IMG/VR virus record: IMGVR_UViG_3300049793_000366
Location: 372,001 to 436,000 of that record
DNA length: 64,000 nucleotides
Direction: 5' to 3' (one strand)
Shown here: piece after piece, positions 20,069-28,671 of the stretch
Position numbering within the stretch: position 1 is the stretch's first letter
Layout: the number at the start of each line of letters is the position of its first letter
Made by a program: the position numbers and the translations under genes
Notes under the pieces: model-generated
Databases searched by the model: none
What the model was told of the DNA's origin: nothing
The model's input: only the letters and a program-made list of their open reading frames with translations

Positions 20069-20139
20069 GTTTCGGTAGTTTAACTGGCTAGAATGGCCCC
20101 ATTCGGGGGTTGGTAGAGGTTCGAATCCTCTCTGAAACG
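20069..20139 (+). tRNA. tRNA-like RNA with a 5-nt anticodon loop (ATTCG); identity unassigned
   Basis: Intact acceptor GTTTCGG/CTGAAAC and T arm AGAGG-TTCGAAT-CCTCT; anticodon arm GCCCC-ATTCG-GGGGT. Confidence 0.55.
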
Positions 20140-20142
20140 CAA

Positions 20143-20393
20143 GAAAGTAGATGAGGTCATAGTGAGAGTGTACACTACTGTTATCTGGATGATAGCACTT
20201 CTGTATTAAAAAGACTCCGCTCTGAGTGGTTAGGTACCGTGTAGTATCTTCGCGTGTTCTCTGCTCGACAAAAGCAATGCCCAGTTGAAAGACTGTAAAA
20301 AAGCTGAGTCAGTGTATAAAGGGGAACGGGATATTAAAAGGTGTTAAACCTAAACTAAGTGGCTACACCGCACGGCTCAGCTCTCTACACTTC
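20143..20393 (+). ncRNA. Unidentified structured RNA, about 250 nt, between tRNAs
   Basis: Terminal pairing GAAAGTAGATGAG/CTCTCTACACTTC; GCTGAGTC/GGCTCAGC; several local hairpins; no ORF. Confidence 0.55.
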
Positions 20394-20466
20394 GGGATAT
20401 AGCGTAGTCCGGTATCGCGCCTGCTTTGGGAGCAGGAGGTCGTCAGTTCGAATCTGGCTATCCCGA
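20393..20466 (+). tRNA. tRNA-Pro(UGG)
   Basis: CGGGATA/TATCCCG, CCTGC-TTTGGGA-GCAGG. Confidence 0.92.
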
Positions 20467-20516
20467 CTGGAGCTTAGTTGTCAGTAGACTCGCGTTGGAA
20501 AGAGGAATTGTCAAAA

Positions 20517-20590
20517 CGAGATATAGCGTAGCCCGGTATCGCGCTTGCTTTGGGAGCAAGAGGCCGCAGGTTCGAATCCTGCTATCTCGA
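20517..20590 (+). tRNA. tRNA-Pro(UGG)
   Basis: CGAGATA/TATCTCG, CTTGC-TTTGGGA-GCAAG. Confidence 0.92.
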
Positions 20591-20594
20591 CAAA

Positions 20595-20813
20595 ATGAAA
20601 GTAGTTTGTGTAAATAATGGAAAAGAAACTAGAAGCGTCAATAATGACGTTACGGTTAATGATGTGTATGATGTTATATATGAACACACATCAGATTATT
20701 ACTTAACTAATGATAATAAAAAGAGACTCATGTACCCCAAAGATATGTTTATTACTTTGGATGAATTTAAAAAAGAAATTAGAAATAAAAAATTATTAAA
20801 TATAGGGTTATGA
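20595..20813 (+). CDS. Small hypothetical protein (true start ATG 20595; the ORF-track start lies in tRNA-Pro)
   Basis: MKVVCVNN...RNKKLLNIGL. Confidence 0.55.
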   Translation: MKVVCVNNGKETRSVNNDVTVNDVYDVIYEHTSDYYLTNDNKKRLMYPKDMFITLDEFKKEIRNKKLLNIGL

Positions 20814-21916
20814 GATTATCAGAAACAAAAATTTATAATATGTCAAGAGTTGGGAAAGATATTCTCTCAACATCTGAGTTGCTTGAGAAAGCAGGCTACA
20901 TTAAACAAGTTCAATCAGGATTATTTGTTCAGATGAATTTAATGAAACGTGTAGTGAACAACATTGAACGAATTGTAAAAGAAGAACTTGAAAAAATAAG
21001 TTGCTTAGAGATTGGATTAAACCAATTACAGAGCGCAGAAATTTGGAAACAAACAGGAAGATACGAAACATACGGATCTGAAATGTTTAAGTTGAAAGAC
21101 CGTTCAGATAAAGAAATGGTATTCACTGGTACGAATGAAGAGCTTGTAACCTTAGTGGCTAAGAATTATGTGAAGTCATATAGAGATTTATCTTTTACAT
21201 TCTATCAGATAAATAATAAGTTCCGTGATGAGATTAGATGCAACACTGGATTGATTAGATGTAAAGAGTTCTCAATGATGGATGCGTATTCATTTCACGA
21301 ATCAAAAGAACACTTACAAGCTTACTATGATAAGATGAGAGAATGTTACGTTAGAATCTTTGACAGACTTGGTTTGAAATACAGAATAGAATCTACTGAC
21401 TCAGGTGAGATTGGTGGTTCAGTATCAGAAGAGTTTGTAGTAACAACAAGTGATGGTGAAATAGAAGTTGGTCACATCTTCCAATTAGATACAAAGTATT
21501 CATCTAAGATGGAAGCAAGATTTGATGATAGAGAAGGTAAGAGTCAAGACATTGTTATGGGTTGTTACGGAATAGGTATCACTCGATTAGCACAAGTGTT
21601 AGCTGATGTTGGTAGAAGTGGTAACAACTTTAACTTTAGTGATGAAGTATCTGCTTATAAGTATGGTGTTGTAATCGCGAATGTTAATGACGAGAAACAA
21701 AAAGAAATTGGAGAAAAGATATACAAAAATTTGGTAGCTCAAGGATTATCCGTATATTTGGATGACCGAAACATAAGAATAGGTGAAAAGCTAAATGAAA
21801 TAGATGCTCTCGGTATTGCGAATAAAATATTAGTAGGTAAAAACATTGAAGAAAATATTTACGAAAAGAAAAAACTTTCCAGTGAGAATTGGATAAAAGA
21901 AGAAATAACATTATAA
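20810..21916 (+). CDS. proS: Prolyl-tRNA synthetase lacking the INS editing domain
   Basis: FRDEIR..GLIRCKEF.MMDAYSF; GEIGGSVSEEF joins IEVGHIFQL almost directly; MGCYGIGITR; C-terminal anticodon-binding domain. Confidence 0.92.
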   Translation: MRLSETKIYNMSRVGKDILSTSELLEKAGYIKQVQSGLFVQMNLMKRVVNNIERIVKEELEKISCLEIGLNQLQSAEIWKQTGRYETYGSEMFKLKDRSDKEMVFTGTNEELVTLVAKNYVKSYRDLSFTFYQINNKFRDEIRCNTGLIRCKEFSMMDAYSFHESKEHLQAYYDKMRECYVRIFDRLGLKYRIESTDSGEIGGSVSEEFVVTTSDGEIEVGHIFQLDTKYSSKMEARFDDREGKSQDIVMGCYGIGITRLAQVLADVGRSGNNFNFSDEVSAYKYGVVIANVNDEKQKEIGEKIYKNLVAQGLSVYLDDRNIRIGEKLNEIDALGIANKILVGKNIEENIYEKKKLSSENWIKEEITL

Positions 21917-21927
21917 TATATACAGCT

Positions 21928-21999
21928 ATGAACAATTTAGTACAACAAGTCCAGCAACAACAAATCAATCTGATGATTGACTGGACTCGTATTGGCTAA
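21928..21999 (+). CDS. Gln leader peptide MNNLVQQVQQQQINLMIDWTRIG
   Basis: Six Gln codons (5 CAA, 1 CAG) ahead of a terminator, four tRNA-Gln genes and glnS. Confidence 0.88.
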   Translation: MNNLVQQVQQQQINLMIDWTRIG

Positions 22000-22022
22000 A
22001 ATGTAATTAGTTCCAAATTTCG

Positions 22023-22057
22023 AAAACCCGTTAATCTGTGTGATTAACGGGTTTTTT
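22023..22057 (+). terminator. Attenuator terminator of the Gln operon
   Basis: aaaacccgttaatc/gattaacgggtttt + T tract; leader gattgac pairs with gttaatc. Confidence 0.85.
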
Positions 22058-22070
22058 GTTTGCCTAAAAT

Positions 22071-22151
22071 TGTCTGGTGGTGAAATGGCAGCCACATCCG
22101 CCTTTGAAGCGGATGCCGAAAGGCGTGTAGGTTCGACCCCTACCCAGACAG
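22071..22151 (+). tRNA. tRNA-Gln(UUG) with a long variable arm (type II body)
   Basis: TGTCTGG/CCAGACA, G73, TCCGC-CTTTGAA-GCGGA, variable arm GCC-GAAA-GGC. Confidence 0.8.
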
Positions 22152-22157
22152 CAACAT

Positions 22158-22230
22158 TGCGGAATCGTCTAACGGTTAGGATAACACCCTCTGAAGGTGT
22201 CTGGTGTGGGTTCGAATCCTACTTCCGCAA
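22158..22230 (+). tRNA. tRNA-Gln(CUG)
   Basis: TGCGGAA/TTCCGCA, ACACC-CTCTGAA-GGTGT. Confidence 0.88.
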
Positions 22231-22235
22231 CAAAT

Positions 22236-22309
22236 TGTTCTATGGTGTAACTGGTTAACACGTCCGACTTTGACTCGGAAGACTCTAGGTTCGAATCCTA
22301 GTAGAACAG
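22236..22309 (+). tRNA. tRNA-Gln(UUG)
   Basis: TGTTCTA/TAGAACA, TCCGA-CTTTGAC-TCGGA. Confidence 0.9.
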
Positions 22310-22318
22310 CTAAAATAT

Positions 22319-22389
22319 TCCTCTTTGGTCTAATGGTATGACGTTGGGTTTTGGTCCCAAAGGTGGTGGTTCGATTCCATCAAGAGGGA
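22319..22389 (+). tRNA. tRNA-Gln(UUG)
   Basis: TCCTCTT/AAGAGGG, TTGGG-TTTTGGT-CCCAA. Confidence 0.88.
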
Positions 22390-22420
22390 CAACAAATAGT
22401 AATAATTAAATACAAACAAT

Positions 22421-24040
22421 ATGAATTTCATTGAAGACAAAATAACAGAAAGGGGAATAATTGAAAGTTTTAAACTTCGTTTTCCACCAGAAAATAATGG
22501 CTTTTTACATATCGGTCATGCGAAATCTATATGCCTTAACTTTGGTTTAGCTGAAAAATATAACAGACCATGTAATTTAAGATTCGATGATACTAATCCA
22601 TCAAATGAATCAAATGAATTCACAGAGGCTATTAAGAGAGACATAGCATGGTTGGGTTATAGACCAGCTAATATTCATCACACATCAGACTACTTCGCAT
22701 TCCTATATGATTGTGCTAAGACATTAATCAGAAAAGGATTAGCATACGTTGATGATTCAACATCAGAAGAGATTGCGGCACTTAAAGGTACAACAACTTT
22801 AGCTGGTAGACCATCGCCTTATTACTCAAGAACAATCGAAGAGAATCTTGATTTGTTCGAGAGAATGAAGAACGGTGAATTCAATGAAGGTTCTAAAATA
22901 TTAAGAGCTAAGATTGACATGGCTTCTCCTAATATGATTTTGAGAGATCCTGTTTTATATCGTATCATCAACAAGACACACCACCACGTTGGTGATGCTT
23001 GGAAGATTTATCCAATGTATGACTTCGCTCACCCATTGTCTGACTTCATTGAAGGTATCACTGATTCACTTTGCACTTTAGAGTTCGAAGTACACAGACC
23101 ATTATATATGTGGGTACTTGAGAATTGTGATTTGAATGGTACATTACCAGAAGAAACAGAGTTCGCTCGTTTGAACATTGACTACACAGTTATGTCAAAG
23201 AGAAAGCTTAAGAGATTAGTTGAAGAGGGATTTGTTTCTGGTTGGGATGATCCAAGACTTCCAACAATTTCAGGTTTGAGAAGAAGAGGATATACACCAG
23301 CATCTATTAAAGATTTCTGTGATAGAATTGGTGTTACTCGTAAAGAGTCTGTTGTATCACACTTGTTACTTGAAGAGTGTTTAAGAAATGATTTAAACAA
23401 AGTAGCTAATCGTGTGATGGGTATAATGGATCCTGTTAAGTTAGTTATTACCAATTGGGATAACGGTACTGAAATGGTTGAGATTGAAAACAACCCAGAA
23501 GATGAAAGTGCTGGTAAGAGAATGGTTCCATTCAGTGGTGAAATATACATTGAACGTGAAGACTTCAGAGAAGAAGCTGATAACAAGTTTTTCCGATTGA
23601 AGCCAGGTTGTGAAGTAAGATTGAAGGGTGCTTGTGTAATCATGGCTAATGAAATTATCAAAGATTCAAATGGTAACATCATTGAAATCAGATGTACTTA
23701 TGACCCTAACAGTCGGTCAGGTATGACACTTGATAGAAAAGTTAAGGGTACTATTCACTGGGTATCAGTTGAACACGCTATTAAAGGAGAAGTTAAAGAG
23801 TACAGTAACTTATTCAATGTGGCTAATCCTGATGAGTTAGAAGACTTCGTAGAAGGATTGAACAAAGAGTCATTGATAGTTAATACGAATGCTTACTTTG
23901 AACCAGAAGCTTTGAATTGTTCAATCGATAAGCCAGTTCAAATGGTAAGAAAAGGTTACTATGTGATGGATAAAGATTCAACAACTAATTGCTTGATTTT
24001 CAATAAAACAGTTAATTTAAAAGAAGACCGTAATAAATGA
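22421..24040 (+). CDS. glnS: Glutaminyl-tRNA synthetase
   Basis: RFPPENNGFLHIGHAK, RFDDTNP, VMSKRKL, VKGTIHWVS. Confidence 0.95.
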   Translation: MNFIEDKITERGIIESFKLRFPPENNGFLHIGHAKSICLNFGLAEKYNRPCNLRFDDTNPSNESNEFTEAIKRDIAWLGYRPANIHHTSDYFAFLYDCAKTLIRKGLAYVDDSTSEEIAALKGTTTLAGRPSPYYSRTIEENLDLFERMKNGEFNEGSKILRAKIDMASPNMILRDPVLYRIINKTHHHVGDAWKIYPMYDFAHPLSDFIEGITDSLCTLEFEVHRPLYMWVLENCDLNGTLPEETEFARLNIDYTVMSKRKLKRLVEEGFVSGWDDPRLPTISGLRRRGYTPASIKDFCDRIGVTRKESVVSHLLLEECLRNDLNKVANRVMGIMDPVKLVITNWDNGTEMVEIENNPEDESAGKRMVPFSGEIYIEREDFREEADNKFFRLKPGCEVRLKGACVIMANEIIKDSNGNIIEIRCTYDPNSRSGMTLDRKVKGTIHWVSVEHAIKGEVKEYSNLFNVANPDELEDFVEGLNKESLIVNTNAYFEPEALNCSIDKPVQMVRKGYYVMDKDSTTNCLIFNKTVNLKEDRNK

Positions 24041-24543
24041 GTAATATATTAGATAAAATGTTTGATATGAATTTATCAGACTGTTTAGCAGCGTTAGTTA
24101 TCATAATAACATTCCTTACATTTATTATTAAAAAAACAAGGATAGGTTTTTTAAATTTTTGTTTATTTCTTTATAGAAAGGTTAAGTCTGTAATAGTTTT
24201 TATTCGTAGAAGTATAATATTATTTAGACTTCATAGGCTATTATCAAATTTGGATATTAATAGTGAATTTATAATTGATAAGGTTAAAATTAAAAAACAA
24301 ACACTCACAATATATAATGGTAAAAACAACATTGATATACATATTTCTAATAGTGACTTAGAAATGTTTTCTAAATATAAATTAAGTAAGTGGAAAAAAT
24401 CACTTCCACTTAGTATTTCACTATATATAGTAGATGGTATATTATTTAGAAATGAAGATGTATCTAAATTTACCAGAGAACATAGGCTATCTAAATATTT
24501 ACATGATTATATAAATGGAATAAAAACACCAAGTATTAATTAG
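24037..24543 (+). CDS. Hypothetical protein with N-terminal hydrophobic segment
   Basis: ATGA overlap with glnS. Confidence 0.5.
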   Translation: MSNILDKMFDMNLSDCLAALVIIITFLTFIIKKTRIGFLNFCLFLYRKVKSVIVFIRRSIILFRLHRLLSNLDINSEFIIDKVKIKKQTLTIYNGKNNIDIHISNSDLEMFSKYKLSKWKKSLPLSISLYIVDGILFRNEDVSKFTREHRLSKYLHDYINGIKTPSIN

Positions 24544-24544
24544 A

Positions 24545-24601
24545 ATGAAACACATTAACTCAAATAACGTAGTCGTAGTCAACAGGAATCCCGTCTGTTA
24601 G
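24545..24601 (+). CDS. Val leader peptide MKHINSNNVVVVNRNPVC
   Basis: Four consecutive Val codons (GTA GTC GTA GTC) ahead of a terminator and valS. Confidence 0.88.
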   Translation: MKHINSNNVVVVNRNPVC

Positions 24602-24623
24602 GCTACGCTATATCTATTATACT

Positions 24624-24655
24624 AACCCATCAGACAATCTCTGATGGGTTTTTTT
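24624..24655 (+). terminator. Attenuator terminator of valS
   Basis: aacccatcag/ctgatgggtt + T tract; leader gtctg pairs with cagac. Confidence 0.82.
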
Positions 24656-24694
24656 ATACCAAAAAATTACTAAAAAATTAAAACTAAAAATATT

Positions 24695-26224
24695 ATGAAA
24701 ACGAAATACACACCCGAAATTGAAAATGAAATCAACCAAGAATGGTTAGAAAATAAAACATACAAATCAACACCTGATGAGAGAGAAGCATTCACTATCA
24801 TCATGCCACCACCAAACATCACTGGTATACTTCACCTTGGACACATCTTGAATAACACAATACAAGATATTTTCATTAGAAGAAAGAAACAACTTGGTTA
24901 CAACACTTGTTGGATTCCTGGTATCGACCATGCTTCAATCGCAACAGAAGCTAAAATCATTCACTGGTTGAAAGAACAGAACATCGAGAAGAATGATCTG
25001 ACTAAAGAACAATTTCTTGAGTATGCTTGGCAATGGAAAGATAAATATGGTAACATAATCATCGACCAACTTAAACGATGTGGCTTTGCTTGTGATTGGG
25101 ATAGACTTACATTCACAATGGATAAACATCACTCTGATAGAATCTATGAAATGTATGACAGACTTAAAGCTGGCAACATCATATATCGCGGTACTAAAAC
25201 AATGGCTTATGACCCATTAGCTAAAACATACTTATCAGACTCGGAAACGTTTGAGAAGAATGGTAAACTATTCTCTGAGAGAACAGGCGCTAAGATTGAA
25301 ATGAAAGACACTGAGCAGATATTTATCGATATGAATAAGATTGCTCAACCCGCACTTGATAGTATCGGAGAACGCATTAAAATGATTCCTGATACAGCAT
25401 TCCCATCTTATAAGAATTGGTTTGATAACTTACAAGATTGGTGTATCTCAAGACAGTTAACATGGGGTCACTCTATACCAGATGATGAAGGAACTTTTGA
25501 TACTTGGTTCTCTTCTTGGTTATGTGCTATCACAGCATTTAAATCACAAGAAGAAATAGATTACTATATGCCATCAGACTTCATCATTACTGGTCAAGAC
25601 ATCGCTTTCTTTTGGATTGCTAAGATGATAATGGCGAATGATTACTGGGATAAATCTATACCGTTTCATAACATCTACTTCACTGGTATTATGAGAGATA
25701 AAGACGGTAAGAAGTTTGCGAAGCAGTTTAATAATTCACCAGACATTATGAATTTGATGGAAGAGCATGGCGCTGACTCATTGCGATTCTCAACTATCAT
25801 TAACCATCACGCTGGTATGGATTCTAAATGGACTATGGATCAATTGTTACAGGGTAAAAGATTCTGTAATAAGATTTGGAATATCAACAAGCTAATGTCT
25901 TCGTGGCAACCATCTGATATAGAAATGTCAGACAAACAAAGAGAATCATTGAATACTTGGAAGATGCAGTTTGCTTCTGCTAAGAATAGCTACAAGCAAC
26001 TATTTGATGATGAGCTTAGATTCTCAGAAGCTTTGATATTAACCTACAATCTTATTTGGGAAGACTTTTCATCTGGGTTACTTGAAGCCATAAAGCCTGA
26101 ACAGGGCATTTGGCCAAATTTAAACCGTGAGCTGTATGATTGTTTAATGAGTGATTTCAGAGAATTGATGCTAATGTTGGAGCCATTTATGCCATTCATA
26201 AGCAATTATATGTTGAATAAGTAA
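24695..26224 (+). CDS. valS: Valyl-tRNA synthetase, 509 aa, CP1 editing domain deleted
   Basis: PPPNITGILHLGH, PGIDHASIAT, DWCISRQLTWGH, FDTWFSS; KMSKS equivalent is KFAKQ. Confidence 0.9.
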   Translation: MKTKYTPEIENEINQEWLENKTYKSTPDEREAFTIIMPPPNITGILHLGHILNNTIQDIFIRRKKQLGYNTCWIPGIDHASIATEAKIIHWLKEQNIEKNDLTKEQFLEYAWQWKDKYGNIIIDQLKRCGFACDWDRLTFTMDKHHSDRIYEMYDRLKAGNIIYRGTKTMAYDPLAKTYLSDSETFEKNGKLFSERTGAKIEMKDTEQIFIDMNKIAQPALDSIGERIKMIPDTAFPSYKNWFDNLQDWCISRQLTWGHSIPDDEGTFDTWFSSWLCAITAFKSQEEIDYYMPSDFIITGQDIAFFWIAKMIMANDYWDKSIPFHNIYFTGIMRDKDGKKFAKQFNNSPDIMNLMEEHGADSLRFSTIINHHAGMDSKWTMDQLLQGKRFCNKIWNINKLMSSWQPSDIEMSDKQRESLNTWKMQFASAKNSYKQLFDDELRFSEALILTYNLIWEDFSSGLLEAIKPEQGIWPNLNRELYDCLMSDFRELMLMLEPFMPFISNYMLNK

Positions 26225-26234
26225 TATATAGAGT

Positions 26235-26615
26235 ATGAAACATCTTAAGAAGTTTAACGAGAATATATTCTCTGATAGAGGCGAATACATAAGAGCTACA
26301 TTAACTGAGCTTGTAGATGATATTGATGCTGAATTAACTTACTCTGATAAGGGTAGTGATGAGTATTATAAGGTTACTTATAAGATACCAACTGATGGGA
26401 TAAACTTCACAGGTAGTATGCTTGTTCCAGATATAAACAAGATTATTGAGTTTAATAATCTAAACAATAGAATAGCTATTGCTTTTAAGAAAGCATTATT
26501 GAAATTAAATGCTGATAATATTTTAGGGTTATTTGATATTACTCATCATCATACACATTATGAATATGATTTATGTGCTTATGTTAAAGTAAAAGAAGAA
26601 AATGAAGTATCTTAG
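26235..26615 (+). CDS. Hypothetical protein, MKHLKKFNE N-terminus
   Basis: AATATATA upstream. Confidence 0.6.
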   Translation: MKHLKKFNENIFSDRGEYIRATLTELVDDIDAELTYSDKGSDEYYKVTYKIPTDGINFTGSMLVPDINKIIEFNNLNNRIAIAFKKALLKLNADNILGLFDITHHHTHYEYDLCAYVKVKEENEVS

Positions 26616-27471
26616 ATTATACGAAGCATCACATAGAGACGCTAAATTACAAGAGCTTATAAGTGCTTTTGAGTATAACCGTAATTGGGAACCAGTAAGT
26701 GGTGCCGAATATCCAGATACCGTAAAAGCATTCGTTCATAAGTTAAATAGTAATTTCATAGTAAAGGTTTTATTCAGAAAGAGTAGTCAGGATTTAACAA
26801 CGGTGAATTGTTATTTATATGATGTGAAGGATGATTCTATGTCGTACTTGGATAATGTTGAAGACCCACATATCACAGCAAATAGATATCTAAGAGGTAT
26901 TGGTAATTCATATGGTAGAGAATCTTATAATCCTCTTGAAATACCAGATTGGTGCGTCAAGATAGCTGAGAAGCAAATGGAATACTATAAAGTATTAAAT
27001 AAGTTTCCATCAGAAGAAGAGATGAATAGCTTCATTGAAGAGCTTATTGATTTTAGATTTGCTAAACCATTAAATGAGTTTGATTTGATTGACTTGAAGT
27101 TTGGTTATATTGATTATAGTTTTCCTAAAGATATATGGGATGATAATGTTTATTATCACAAAGACAATAAATCAACAAGAGAGCCGCTTTATGTCGCTTA
27201 TTTGGAATCAAGTACAGCCGCGTATGATATCTATGTGAAATACAGAGATGAGTTTAAATCTGGTAAAGACTATTGTGATAAAGTGAAGCAGTGCTTAACT
27301 GAATGCTTTGAAATTGCTAAGAAGAAAATATCTGCTATTTATGGGTTTGAAGCCAATATATTTACATCAACTGATTTTGATGAGCATAATCTTGAACAGC
27401 TACAAAGATTAATGGATAGTGGTGAGTATGGTAGAAATTACAGAATAATTATTACATTCAAATTAAAATAA
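26602..27471 (+). CDS. Hypothetical protein, MKYLRLYEA N-terminus
   Basis: 289 aa coupled ORF. Confidence 0.6.
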   Translation: MKYLRLYEASHRDAKLQELISAFEYNRNWEPVSGAEYPDTVKAFVHKLNSNFIVKVLFRKSSQDLTTVNCYLYDVKDDSMSYLDNVEDPHITANRYLRGIGNSYGRESYNPLEIPDWCVKIAEKQMEYYKVLNKFPSEEEMNSFIEELIDFRFAKPLNEFDLIDLKFGYIDYSFPKDIWDDNVYYHKDNKSTREPLYVAYLESSTAAYDIYVKYRDEFKSGKDYCDKVKQCLTECFEIAKKKISAIYGFEANIFTSTDFDEHNLEQLQRLMDSGEYGRNYRIIITFKLK

Positions 27472-27499
27472 AAAGAGCGAGATAATTCTCGCTCTTTTA
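27471..27499. terminator. Bidirectional intrinsic terminator
   Basis: aaaaagagcgaga-taat-tctcgctctttt between convergent genes. Confidence 0.8.
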
Positions 27500-27877
27500 C
27501 TATCTTGGAAAACCAATTCCTCTATTACCAGTTGATATTTTAAAATTACCTGGTTTGAATAGTTCTAAGATATACTTCTGACACAATTCGGTATCAAAAG
27601 GTTTACAGGAGAACACGTCAATGAAAGTCCAACCCTTATCTTCAAATGAATGTACAGAAATATGGCTCTCTGCGATGATAACTATACCAGTTATCCCTTT
27701 GTCTTCTGGAACTAACCCAGCATACGGAAACACATAAGGTTGTGTGATTGGTGTCATACCAATCATCTCAGGCATCTCTTTTAGAAATTTAAAGTGCAAA
27801 TCATAGTTTGCTAAGACTTCCTTAGGGCAATCCCATAGGTCAATCATAATGTGAGGTCCAAATACTTCTTCGTTCAT
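27500..27877 (-). CDS. speD: S-adenosylmethionine decarboxylase proenzyme
   Basis: GPHIMIDLWDC; IIAESHISVH (E-S autocleavage site); IDVFSCKPFD. Confidence 0.9.
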   Translation of the reverse strand: MNEEVFGPHIMIDLWDCPKEVLANYDLHFKFLKEMPEMIGMTPITQPYVFPYAGLVPEDKGITGIVIIAESHISVHSFEDKGWTFIDVFSCKPFDTELCQKYILELFKPGNFKISTGNRGIGFPR

Positions 27878-27947
27878 TATTTTGATTATTTTTGAGATTA
27901 TATATAAAATAAGGTACTCGGTATTGAAAATTAATATATACTTTTAT

Positions 27948-28367
27948 ATGAAGTATTTAATTCTATTCGAAGCATATGTCAGTACGACAGTAAATCCGGT
28001 TACTAAGCTATTAAGAAGCTATAATAACTGGACTGTTAAATGGAATCATAATACAACATATAACCACGATATCTTAGCCAGGATTCAAAAGAGAACTGGT
28101 CTCAGCATTGATGAGATAAATGAGAAGCTTAAGAAAGTAATCGACAGGATTGAAGTATTGGTATATTCCGGACATATTAAGGAAGATGGTGATTATGCGT
28201 TCAAAATGAAGAATTCTGACTTTACCTTCCTAATTAACATCGATACTTATGATACAGCTAACTCACTGTATATCAGAACTATACTGGATAAAGGGATGAA
28301 GATTTACTCGACAGAGGGTGAATTTACCCTGTTTGAAGGAAAAAAGTACGAAAATATCGAATTTTAA
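27948..28367 (+). CDS. Hypothetical protein, MKYLILFEA N-terminus (start moved to 27948)
   Basis: AATATATA just upstream of ATG 27948. Confidence 0.6.
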   Translation: MKYLILFEAYVSTTVNPVTKLLRSYNNWTVKWNHNTTYNHDILARIQKRTGLSIDEINEKLKKVIDRIEVLVYSGHIKEDGDYAFKMKNSDFTFLINIDTYDTANSLYIRTILDKGMKIYSTEGEFTLFEGKKYENIEF

Positions 28368-28428
28368 CATAATTTTCGGACGAAATTATTTGCAAATCCG
28401 GATCATTTGCCTTATATTTGTATTATAA

Positions 28429-28671
28429 ATGACAGATATGACAAACACAACTAACATAAAGAAAAAGTTCACTCAAGTATTATTTCAAAATGATGCTAAC
28501 GTTTGGATGATAGATCCAGTTATGTTAGAGAAAATCACTAATAGATTTCCTGAGTTAAATTCTGCTGAAAATCAGAAGTTTCTTAATGAGTTTGTTGATT
28601 TCTTAAACTTAAGTCAAATCAATGAAGATTTCGAAAAGACTTTCGAAATTTTTGAAACTATCTACGGTTAG
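28429..28671 (+). CDS. Hypothetical protein
   Basis: Preceded by TTTG/TATATTTG promoter. Confidence 0.5.
   Translation: MTDMTNTTNIKKKFTQVLFQNDANVWMIDPVMLEKITNRFPELNSAENQKFLNEFVDFLNLSQINEDFEKTFEIFETIYG

Noticed and set aside
20143-20393. Group I intron or tmRNA
   Set aside because: No P7 partner for the GACTG segment, no interrupted host gene, and no alanyl-tRNA-like ends or tag ORF.
20467-20512. Additional tRNA-Pro between the two Pro genes
   Set aside because: Only a partial D-arm-like and TTGGAA segment; no T arm or acceptor 3' strand.
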